Translations under genes and position numbers: made by a program
Source of the DNA: Lytechinus pictus
Taxonomy: Eukaryota
Reading direction: 5' to 3'
Length of the DNA stretch: 64,000 nt
Assembly: GCF_037042905.1 (NCBI RefSeq)
Contig: NC_087248.1
Coordinates: 13,454,001-13,518,000 of the forward strand
In this document: positions 1-11,351 of the stretch, one piece after another
Numbering within the stretch: position 1 is the stretch's first letter
How the letters are laid out: every line of letters begins with the position of its first letter
Notes under the pieces: model-generated
The model's input: the letters and a program-made list of their open reading frames with translations, nothing else
Told to the model about the DNA's origin: nothing
The model's database searches: none

Positions 1-123
1 CTGCTTCATTTTCTGAGGTTTCTCAGTGGCAATTATCTTGCGTTATCTTGCCCTTTCTCCTCTTAAACCTTCGTAATTGACAATTTCCATCAATCATCAT
101 GAGCATGATATCCTTTGTTTTTT
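1..123 (-). pseudogene. Possible pseudo-exon of a KDZ/Zisupton-like transposase (runs off window edge)
   Basis: Minus strand has acceptor-like tctttag followed by KTKDIMLMMIDGNCQLRRFKRRKGK...H*; resembles the DGNxKLxRF motif of KDZ transposases; in-frame stop. Recognised by eye only. Confidence 0.3.
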
Positions 124-399
124 CTAAAGACGTATTGAAAAATATGGTTTCGAGTTACTTTCACTTTCCCTATTGGCGTTCCTACTTTGCTGAGCTAATT
201 ATATATTGGATTTTTATTGCAATAAAAACTATCAAAATACAATCACAAGCAGTCAAAGACTGAAATAAGTGAATGTTTACATACAAATAGAATCATAACA
301 AAATATAATGTAAACATTATAAATAAATATGAAATACAATACAAATTCATAAAAATGAAAAAGAAATGTATCATAAATAAATACAAAAGGCCATAAGTA

Positions 400-761
400 C
401 TACAAAGTGTCACCAAGGAAGAAAAAAGAGGAATGAAAGATTAAGAAGAAAGAGAGAGAAGAAAAAAGAGGTGGGAGAAGGGAAAGAAATTGGGATAAGA
501 CAAAGAGAAGGGAAAGCAAGAGGTGGAATTTGAAAGAGAATAGGAGGCAACCTTCAGAAAAAAAACTAATTATGCAATACAAGACATTTAACAATGGTAA
601 CAAGTAAATAAACTAGTAGTTGCATCGAAACGAGCACAAAAAAGGGAAAAGTAGAGCTGAGTAAATACATGTAGACTCCCGAAGGAAGTCGAAGCAGTGT
701 TGATATTGCACATGAGTAGATAAATTGCAAACCATCTAAAATTCAAAACCCGAAACAGTAC

Positions 762-797
<36 letters not shown>

Positions 798-1200
798 GGA
801 AAGGTAGGAGAGAAAAGGCAGAAAGAAAAGGAAGAAGAGGAAGGGGGAGAGATGGGAAAAAAAGATGAAGGAGAGGAGGGGAGAAAGGAGAAAGAGTAAA
901 GACAAAAGGGGAAGAAGCAAAGAGGAGCAGATAATTCCAAGAGAGGAGAGAGAAAAGAAGGGAAGAGAGGAAAAAGAGAAAGAAAAAAAAAAGGAAAAGG
1001 AAAGAGAGGGAGGAAAGGGGAGAGAGAGGAATAGGAGGGGAGAGAAGAAAGAGAAAGGAGGAGAAGCAAGGAGGAGGGGACAGAGAAATCCAAGAGTGGA
1101 GAGAGAAAAGAAAGAATAACAGAAGACAGAACAGAAAAGAATAGAAAAAAGGACAGAAAAAAGGAGAGAGAAAAATAAAAGTACTGTTCATCAACAAAAG
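400..1200. repeat. Polypurine (GA/A-rich) low-complexity tract with an A-run at 763-792
   Basis: Seen directly; it generates the spurious F/L/S and K/E/R ORFs. Confidence 0.9.
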
Positions 1201-1219
1201 ATACAAGTTAGAAGTGAAA

Positions 1220-3252
1220 TCAAACAAGCTTTAAATCATTGATTATCTTTACTGCTTGAGGTAGGAATGAATTTTTGTACCTAGAAGTACGGCAAGGTAT
1301 ACGGCAAAGAGGATCAGAATTTCTCAACTGACGGAAATTTGGCAAGGCATCTCTACGCTGTGGAAGCATGCGTGCATGCCTTGATTGTACAAAAGACCTG
1401 ACAAACATTGTAAGTAATTGAAAGCGTCTATCAGCAAGGGTTGGGATGTCCAAACACTCAAGGGCATGAAGATAATCAATATAGTTACCATAACCTAACA
1501 TTATACGACAGGCCCTCCTTTGTACACGTTCAATCTTATCCGATTGCTTGGCAGTTATGGAGGATGACCAAACTGGTGAGGCATATTCGACCAGTGGCCT
1601 AATATACATGCTATAAATAGCAACCAAATCACTCATTGGGACATTGTATCTCTTAAGTACACAAAGAATATACAATCGTTTTGATGCTTGTTTGATGACA
1701 TAATCCACATGTATATTCCATTTCATGTCGGATTGTAGGTAGACACCAAGTAGCTTAACAGACTCAATGGACTGAAGAACATCATCTCCAATACTGATCT
1801 CCGGCATGGGAGTAGGTTTCCTTAAAAAGGATATATGCATTATTTTACATTTCTCTGGTTTTGGGGTCATTTGCATATCAGAAGAACATTTGGAAATCAA
1901 AGATATATGTTCCTGTAAGGTAGAGGGTTGTGATTTGTATCTGATTTCAGCAACACTCAAATCATCCGCATATTTCCATCTTAGGGGAGTAGACGTAGCA
2001 ACGTCGTTGATCATGATAAAAAAAGAATGGGTCCGAGCTTTGTCCCTTGCGGGACGCCACAGGTAATTCTTGCTAAATTACTATGAATAGACCCAACTCG
2101 AACACTTTGAGATCTATTACTTAGATAGCTACATAGCAATACAATAATGTTGGGATTAATGCCAAGGTCAATCAATTTCTCAATTAATACATTGTGATTT
2201 ATATGGTCAAACGCCTTAGCATAATCAATAGTACATAAAGTGGCAACATGACCAGGTTTATCAGTACCTTTGAGGATTGAATCAATCAAGCTTATCATAT
2301 AGTGGGAGGTTGATGATCCTTTAATGTTACCAAACTGTTGCGTATCTATCTTATTTCTGATATCCTGATACAACCACTTGGTTAAGAATGACTCAAAAAC
2401 CTTAGCAAAGGTGGGGGTAAGAGATATTGGTCTTAAAAGATCAACAGAGTTACAGGGGAAAGTCTTGGGAATAGGGACAATGTCAGAGTTCTTCCAACAA
2501 TCGGGGAAGATGCCAGACTCCAGACTACTATTGAAGATCATAGCCAATGGTTCAGCTAATTCCGGGGCAAATTCAGTAATGAGTCTGACAGGTACATCAT
2601 CATGATGACAGGATTTAGAAGCATTGAGCTTGCGCAATTCTTGATGAACCTGATATGCTTCCACTCTAGGGGGTGGTTGTGATGCAGGTAAGAAAGACTG
2701 TAGAGTAGAGATGTCAAGCGGAGGTAGTTGACTACAAATACGAGCGAAATGGCCATTAATAAGATTAGCTTGATCGATAGGGCGCATTTCACAACCAGGA
2801 AGGGATGTAGCTCTTTTATTCATTCCAGTGATGCTACGAATTTGCTGATGCCAACTTTTCGGGTTGGATTTCCGTAAAATCATGACTTTCTGAGAATAGA
2901 AGTGATCCTTTTGCACTTGTACCTCACGTTTGACTCGATTGCGAAGATTCCTATAATGTGCCATCCTATTAGATTTGAAAGCACACTGCCTTTCCTTAAT
3001 TAGCGATAAGATGCGTTTAGTGATCCAAGGCTTATCCCGAGATCTGCGTTTGACATTAACTAAAGGGAAGTGTAGATGGAACATCCGAGAAAGAGAATCC
3101 TGGAAATCAGAAGCCATATCTTCGACGGTCGGGTGCTCGAGAAGGTAACTCCAGCTAGTAGACGTGATCTCCTCACCAAAAGTACGATATTGTCGATACC
3201 ATAATATTGTCGATACCATAATTTTCCTCTTGAAAATCGAAAAATTGATCAA
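1220..3252 (-). pseudogene. LINE ORF2 reverse transcriptase, frameshifted
   Basis: Frameshift in a T-run at ~2015-2025 between GPILFL and MIND...KYADD; no endonuclease domain present. Confidence 0.88.
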
Positions 3253-4000
3253 AGACTTTAAGGTGACATAAGATAATTTTCAAAGTAAAATTGATATTTC
3301 AAATTAAATGGATAGACCAAATCAAGAATACCATCAGGTAATAAATAGTAAATACCTGGTCAGTCTGAGAAGTACCCAAACATTCTCCCAAAACAAAGAC
3401 TCAAATTTTTAAAAGAAAAATAGGTAATTTTCTGCTCAATCATGTCAATGTAATTACGAAACAAATAAAAACTATCGTTTGTGAACTAAATCAATAAATA
3501 TATATTACATCCATCGCTGTAATGTTCTCGAGGTTGATTCTGTGATTAAGCCAACCGTTCTCCTCATACAAATACCGTCTCCCTAGATATTTCAAATAGA
3601 GTCTTGTTATGGTGATATGTTCTTTTTCCAGCTTTTACATCTTTATTCCGGGCTTTGTCATGCAATCTGGAATTTTTTTCCAAAATGTCAAATTATCGAA
3701 CCATTCCATAGGCGAAATATTTTACACAGCCGCTCCAAAACGTGTCAAACTCTTTACAGTCACTTCTGTCAATTAATTTAAACTTCTGTTTAGTCCTTTC
3801 TGAGAAATGTAAAACTAGAGACTGTACTCTTGTCAACTTTAATTGTAGCCACTTTATATCTTAAAACAGGGATATAGAAATGTAAGGAGTGGTTTAAAAC
3901 ATAGTGTAGCTAAGTTTTCAAGAAGACAGTAATGCCCTACATGGACAAAAGGAAGACAGGGCAAGTGACATATTTTCAAAAATGAATTTTCAGGTGTTAA

Positions 4001-4855
4001 AGGCCTGGTCCCACTGACCGATGGACACAAAACGTATTCATAAAGGACACAGCGGACCGTGAGCAAAATTTCGAGAGTGGCTCCATCCGTTTTCATTCGC
4101 TCCAGAAATGGACAAAATTAGCACACAAAAAAAAGATTGTGAAAACATAAAAGAAAAGAACGGATATGTGTAGTATGTAGCGCGGATGTTGAACGGATGT
4201 TCATCGGAAACGTATCGGATGAAAGCGGATGGGAGTGGATGACAGATCCGTAGGGGTTACTGGGGGTTTTGAATTCTTTATATACGGGATGCATACGCTT
4301 ACATCCTTTATATTTCCATGCTACTAACGACGTACACTCTAAAAACGGGAGTGCTAATTTAACTCTTAAGGAGCGTGTATAGTGACTGCACTTCGGAGTG
4401 CTGATTTTCTCGTTCAAATTTGAACTAAAAAATCAGCACTCCGAAGTGCAGTCACTATACACGCTCTTTAAGAGCTGAATTAGCACTTCGTTTTTTAGAG
4501 TGTATACATTCCATATACCTCATCTTTCCTCCCTCTTTCCGTTGTTCAGCTAAAGTTGATGTGAGTTGCGGGGATGCAGAGAGGATACAGCGGCCGTTTA
4601 ACGGATAATAACGGACAGGGAACGTTTGACGCTCGTATGTTGCGGATTTCCATCGTACACGGTGGAAAGTTTATCCGTTCTAAAAGATGATATAATTATC
4701 ACAGTGGACGGATGCTTGATGGATAGAGCGTATGAACACTGATGACGTATGTATGCAACGAGTACACAACGGATGCACAGCGTTTTGCAGCGGATTGCAT
4801 GATTTGTTTCCTGTTGCAACCTCTTTGCACCCGTAAGTGCAATGGGACCGGGTCT
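4001..4855. mobile_element. Non-autonomous DNA transposon, PIF/Harbinger-like
   Basis: Imperfect TIRs aggcctggtcccactg ... caatgggaccgggtct flanked by TAA/TTA. Confidence 0.65.
4333..4504. mobile_element. Near-perfect palindromic (fold-back) MITE nested in the 4001-4855 element
   Basis: tacactctaaaaa...ttcaaatttgaa...tttttagagtgta; the two halves are almost exact reverse complements, with TA at both ends. Confidence 0.85.
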
Positions 4856-5574
4856 TTACATTTTACATGCGGGTTTCTTCTTTATGGTCAAAATGTCATA
4901 GAAAAAACCCCGCTAATGCACTATCAGATATGGTTGGTTAACTGTCGTGCTTATACATTTGTGTACTTACGGTATATGCACATAACAGACACATTGATTG
5001 ATTGATTTTATTTGTCTCTTTAACAGGAAATTAATTTGTTGTATCTTTTTTTATTTGTGAAAGTAGGGAAGACGAGAGTTACCTATTATTATATTATTGA
5101 TCGAAAATAACAAAAGAACAACGGTTGAACATGATGAGGAAAACGAAAAAAAATGTAAATGGTTGATCGAAAAGCTAGAACAGCATACCAAGAGAATTTG
5201 GATTAAGAAATTAACACATAGAATTGATAATTTTTTGTATAGGGCGTTGCGTCGGCTGGTAGTGGGTAACAACCTTAGCACTTTCACAATATTGTTTCAT
5301 CCTTGGTTGAATAATATAACTAAAAAATGAATATGAGTCATATGCAGGGGCGTCGTAACCGGACGAAAGTGAGGGGGAGGGTGTCAATCCTCTCTTTGAA
5401 ATAATAATAACAAAGTGTAAAACGAGGGAAAAATGACCAGCTTATTGTGATTTCCTGCCTTTTTCAGACAACCCTCCCAACTTTTAAGTCCATAGTCCCT
5501 CATATTATTGGCTGTTGTTTAATAGCTCTTTTCAAAGACGTACACAAAAGTCTGAGCAGTATTGATATATGAGG

Positions 5575-5631
5575 AGGGAGAGAGAGAGTGTGTGTGTGTG
5601 ATAGAGAGAAGGAGAGAGAGAGAGAGAGAGA
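5575..5631. repeat. (GA)n/(GT)n microsatellite
   Basis: Seen directly. Confidence 0.85.
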
Positions 5632-6078
5632 GGGGTGATGAGAATATTCTCTAATCAGATAAATGATATGCACACGCAACGAAACCAAACCGGTTCATGG
5701 TTTCAATTGATGTGTTCCGCCCCGAAGCTTCTCTTCTTTCCTGATCTTAGAAATGATTTAAAACATTTTTGATTTTGATAATACAAATGTTTGAAGAGAA
5801 TGGGGAAATATGATCTGAGTATGATTAGAAAAGGGCAGAATGGATGTAGGTACATGCTTTGTCGAGGTCCACTGCATAATATATTTGCTGATTATATGGA
5901 GTTGTACACCAGGTATTAGAGGAATCGACATGATCGAGGGACTAGCAAAGGAACCTAATGAGGCAAGGAATATATGTTTTTGGCCACGCGGGATGGAAGA
6001 TATCCTCTTTTAATTGAGTTAGAATCATTACTCTTAAGGTAGTAATTGAATGGTTGATATTGTGTTTTAGATATTTTT

Positions 6079-8790
6079 GATTGATTGATTGATTCATTTA
6101 TTTCCACACTTCATAAAAAGAACAATACAGAGTAAAGATGGTATTAAAAAATACAGTACAATATATTCCGATGCATAAAGAGAACATACACTACACAAAA
6201 CAATATACCAAAATATGAACAATACTTAAATCAGACAAGAAGATAAACAGTATATGTAAATGTGGGGGATCATTTAAAAAGTTAAAAACTTATAACATAA
6301 TCCCAATTTTGTCAATAAAAGTTTGAGTTTTGCAGAGAAAGACTAAAAAAAAAAAAAAAAAAAAAAAAATTGTAATTGAGGTAACTTAGTTTAGGAAATT
6401 AAAGTTTTTGTAGAAGAAATGTTTTAAGTTTATATTTAAATACATTAAGGGATAGAGAACTTTTGACATCTTCAGGGAGACTGTTCCAGAATACAGGACC
6501 ATTATGAATTATTGACTTTCGGGATAATGATAATTTCCCACATGATACACGGTAATCAGATTTTCTTCTAGTATCATAATTGTGAATATCAGAATTTTTA
6601 CAAAATAAAGAATCAAAATTTATTGGAAGTAATTTCTTATAGTATAAATACATAAAGATACCAAGATTGTAACTATATAATTCATACACAGGCAATATTT
6701 TAAACTTAAGAAAGAGTGGAGCAGTGTGAGCTCTGAAACTAGAATAAGATATCATTCTGATTACTCTTTTTTGTAAAACTAAAGTTCTATCTAATAAATA
6801 TTTATTTGAAGACCCCCAAACAATAATTCCATAATTGAGATATGACAAAATTAAAGTGTTATAAAGCATTAAGAGAATATTTTGTGGGACAAATTCACGT
6901 AATCTATTTAAAACACCTATATTTCTAGAAATGAGGGAGTTTATTTTGTTAACATGACTTTTCCATTTTAAATTATCATCAATGTGAATTCCAAGAAATT
7001 TTACACTCTCCACCCTTTCTACTTCAGTATCATTAATATATAATTTAACAGATTTTTTATCTACATTGTTTCTACTGATGATCATAAAATTTGTTTTCTG
7101 AATATTCAAAGCTAAATTATTAACAGAGAACCATTCCTGTACTTTATTAAGTTCAATATTCATATTTTGTTGTAAATAACCTATGTCACTGTGGCAAAAA
7201 AATATATTTGTGTCGTCAGCAAAAAGAACAAATTTTAATAAATTAGAACAGAGATGAAGATCATTAACATATATAAGGAAAAGAAGAGGACCGAGGATTG
7301 AACCCTGCGGTACGCCTATTGATACTTTCTTGAACGAAGAATGACATGAATTATAAAGAACACATTGCTTTCTATTACTTAAATAATTGTGTATTAATTT
7401 AAGGGAAATACCTCGTATTCCATAAAAAGATAATTTACTAAGCAATATGTCATGGTTAATACAATCAAACGCCTTTTTTAGATCAATGAACACTCCAAAC
7501 GTTATTTCGTTATTCTCATAAGCATTTATAATGTCATTTAAAGAATCTATCAGAGCATGAGATGTACAATGTTTTTCTCTAAAACCAAATTGTTTTTGAT
7601 AAAGTATATGATTATTGTTAAAATATGTAATTAGCCTAGTATAAATACATTTCTCCAGCATTTTGGAGAAACATGATAATAAGGAAATTGGTCTATAATT
7701 TGAGAAAACATTTTTTGAACCAGATTTATATACAGGAATAACTTGTGATATTTTACAACTATCAGGAAATATACCTTCTTGAATACATAAATTGAAAATA
7801 AAGCATAATGGTTTACATAAAATATGAATTGTCCTTTTTACAACAACATTTTCAACGCCATCAATTCCTGGGGCTTTTCCATTCTGTAAACAATTTGCAA
7901 TGTTAATAATTTCCTGTTCTGTAATTGGTATGAGAAATAAAGAACAAGGCAGGGTGTTTTTCAGGTAAAAACTATAATCAATATTGCCTCTTGCAATGTT
8001 GTTAGTGATAGTATGTCCAATATTGGTAAAATATTAGTTAAATGCAAGTGCAATGTCATTTTCATTTCTGATTTCTATTTCATTATACCTAAAAACTAAG
8101 TTATTATCAGAGGTTTCAGGTTTCTGTTTGTTTAATAAACCATTTATAACTTTCCATGTTTTGCAAAGATTGTTTTTTACTTTATTAAATTTAGAGTAAT
8201 AAAATTCTTGTTTAGTTTTTCTAACAAGACTCACATATTTATTCTTAAAAGATTTATATTTTGCCTTTTTAATATCCGTAGGTTTCTTTATGAAGTTTGC
8301 ATACAACCTGTTCTTCTTTCTATACATACGTTTGAGTGTAATATTAAACCAATCATTCTTTTGTTTTCGGCTTACTATTTCTTTTAATGGGAAACTAATT
8401 TCATATATTTCAAGAATAATTTTCATGAATTCATCATAGAGCAAGCTAGGGTCAGCAATATTGTGACTGTCATAAATACAAGAAAAGTCAAACTCTGATA
8501 TTCTTTGTAAGAACCTAAGGATGCCATCTTCAGTAATTTGCCGTTTATGAAATTTTTTACTCGACTTCGTTGGCAACGAATAATCAAAAATAGAAAATAT
8601 TGGATAATGATCAGAAACATCACAGATAACAGAACCATAATAAAGGTTACATGAGTTATTAACAAAAATATTATCAATTAAAGTTGACGAAGTTTGAGTA
8701 ATCCTGATGGGTAGACTTATTAGTGGGGAAAAAGAAAATGATGACATCATTTCAAGAAATTCATTAACATAATTCAATTGATCAATCTTT
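6079..8790 (-). mobile_element. 5'-truncated L2-group LINE (end of APE endonuclease plus RT)
   Basis: ORFs 8034..8777 (RITQTSSTLIDNIF, SDHYPIF) and 6399..7661 (DLKKAFD, GVPQGSILGPLLF, FADD) are in the same frame; stop at 8034-8036; YRPISLL in between; (TGAT)n tail at ~6079-6095. Confidence 0.9.
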
Positions 8791-9339
8791 TTTTTAATTT
8801 TTTTTATAAGTATTTTGTTTTAAGTATTTTGTCATCATTCCACAAATAGATGAAACGAATTTACCTTATCTAATGGAAAGATCCAGCATACATACATGAC
8901 AGAGGTCAATGAACTCGCTTGCCAATTCCTGTTCTGCTGTGAAACTTTTGGAAGATTAGCCTAATTAAAAAATCACTTTCTGTAGTCCCAAGTGTAAAGA
9001 GATAAAGAATCCTCGTTATGAATGTGATGGATAATGATGATGGGAAATGAAGAGAAAAAGGAATGAAGTGTGTGAGTATTGTTTATATATTTCATTTCAT
9101 AATTGAACATGTTATTAGGCCTCATAGATATATATCTAGAAAAATGAAATGAAACAAAAGGATGTTATCGTTTGAATATTATATTTCATGATGATTATGA
9201 CCATGAACAGTTGAGAAAACTTAAGAAAAACAATGTGGTAGGGTGGAAACAGAAATATGTTGGAAGATAATTATGAAAAATTTATCATTATTTATCTTAA
9301 GACAATATTGCTGAACGCCATGATTATCCTGAACACATA

Positions 9340-9720
9340 GTCATCATTATCTGATAAATATTATAGCTATAGTCATCATCATTATCACCACCATCACCGT
9401 CATCTTGAAATAATCAATATCATCAATGTCATTATCATTATCATCATCACAACCATCATCACTTTTTTTAATGATTGCGATGGTAAAAGTTATAATCATA
9501 ATCATCATTACACTATCCATTATTGTCAACACAATTAATATAAATTTATCATCATCATTAAGACCTTCATTATTTCCATCATCGTTTCATCCTCTTTCTC
9601 CTCATCATTATTAGTTTCAACATTGTGCTTCATACTTATTATGATCACCACCCTGACAAATCATAACTTATTTCATGATTAATTATCATAATCATTTTAG
9701 TAACGATCATTAAAATCATA
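9340..9720. repeat. Degenerate (ATC)n microsatellite region
   Basis: Seen directly; explains ORFs 9347..9532 and 9426..9614. Confidence 0.8.
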
Positions 9721-11351
9721 AGTCTTGTCATTTTTATCATGGGCATCCCGTAAAACATCGTACAAGACTTAGTCCGTTTACCACTAAAATTCAATGAAAC
9801 CACCATTTATTTAGCTTTCAAAATGTACAGTATTTATTTTACAGTGTGCAGCATTGGCGATGTACAAACGGCATTTTTTAACCAAATAAATCCAGAATAG
9901 CTCCATCTTTTGAAAGCTTGATCTTCATAATTGTAAAGCCGTAGCCTTTCGTTCTCATAACATTTCAGCGTCTGCCCTTTTTCTGACGTTGCATTTATTT
10001 AAGTGGAAGCCATGGGACTGTAAGTATAATACAAGATGTATAGACAAAGAACCTTTAGACTCAAGTCTAAGAGATGCAAAAAAGAAAGAAAGAAAGAAAT
10101 CTAACACTTTTATATATGGATATATGCATGATGTAACTGGACTATTATACAAAAGAATCGACAGTCTCGTTTTAATAGCCTACAATACATGTTGGTTCAT
10201 CTTCCCAGGTAACCGAGTTTCATTCTCGTATGTCGACAATCAACAATCAATAAATGTAATTAAGTGCTCTTGCTATGGGCGGTGGAGTGAAATAACATGT
10301 CAATCACTTATAAGTGAACTCTCTTTTAGATTCATTGACCGGTTGTTTCATCGATCAATTGATTGATTCTATCAATCAGGTATACACATAACAATTATAG
10401 GATTTTGTGAGTCGACAAACTTCGACAAGCCAGTCCATGATGGCCGGTGTGGCTTTAATATTTTCGATTCAATAATAATAACAATATCATGAACTATCGT
10501 TCTAACTAAATCGAAGTAAATATTGACAAGCAGTTTGCAGCTACAAACTATGCCAAACAAGTCTTGAACACCAAGGTAGCAAGATGAGTAGAAAGAAAAA
10601 TAAATAAAAAGTAAATAAAGAAACAAAGAAAAAAAGACATATACATTTGTTAGAATATTATTAATAATATTAATTAATTTGATAAATATGGCTTTATAGT
10701 GTAAGTAGGTAAAGTTTGCTTCAACGGATGATAAGAGCTAAAATAAGCACATGCACGTACACAATAACATGATGCCCCTTGGCACACCCTCAACATACCT
10801 AGACAGGCCTCATTAACTAAAATTCACTACCACCTACTCATAAACGATGTTTGTTACCTTACAGCGCAGCGTGAGAGAATCTCATAACATTCAAAATTTA
10901 TCAATTTAACATAAAAATACCACATTCGATTGTTAACACGTTAGTAACCTTTTTCATCCAATGTGTACGACTGAGAAAAATTTACCTTTAAAAGAACGAA
11001 CTAACTTTATAAGGTCTTATCTAAAACAATCATGAAGTATATACATCTAAAAAGGTACCGTTAACATTATACAGTTTTACACATAGAAAGTACAGAACGG
11101 ATGTCATTTGAGAACTATACTTATATATCACGCACAGTAAGATGATATTGCTTATATTTAGAATTTCTAAGGCTGTCAGATAATTCAGGGGGTCAAGGTT
11201 CCGTAAAAGTTCGAGGATTACAAACACCTCTGTGGAATTGCTAAGTGCTTTGAAAAAAAAATTAATAACCAAAGCTGAATAATGATTAATAAAATAAAAT
11301 AATTCAATTGCCTTCATTCACTTGTGGAGAGACGGTGACGCTTTAGCAATA

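Larger units (their letters stand above)
210..3252 (-). mobile_element. 5'-truncated non-LTR retrotransposon (CR1/L2 group) with RT remnant and long purine/pyrimidine-rich 3' region
   Basis: ORFs 2011..3252 and 1220..2014 join into one RT: LRPISLT, DYAKAFD, GVPQGTKLGP, KYADD, then LLGV, YASPVW, ERVQRRA, RTSRYKNSF. 3' end near 210-270 (minus strand ttcagtctttgactgc...aataaa). Confidence 0.9.

Noticed and set aside
400-1227. Overlapping Phe/Leu/Ser-rich and Lys/Glu/Arg-rich ORFs
   Set aside because: Translations of a polypurine tract in the LINE 3' region.
9347-9614. Ile/Met/Asp-rich ORFs
   Set aside because: Products of the (ATC)n microsatellite.
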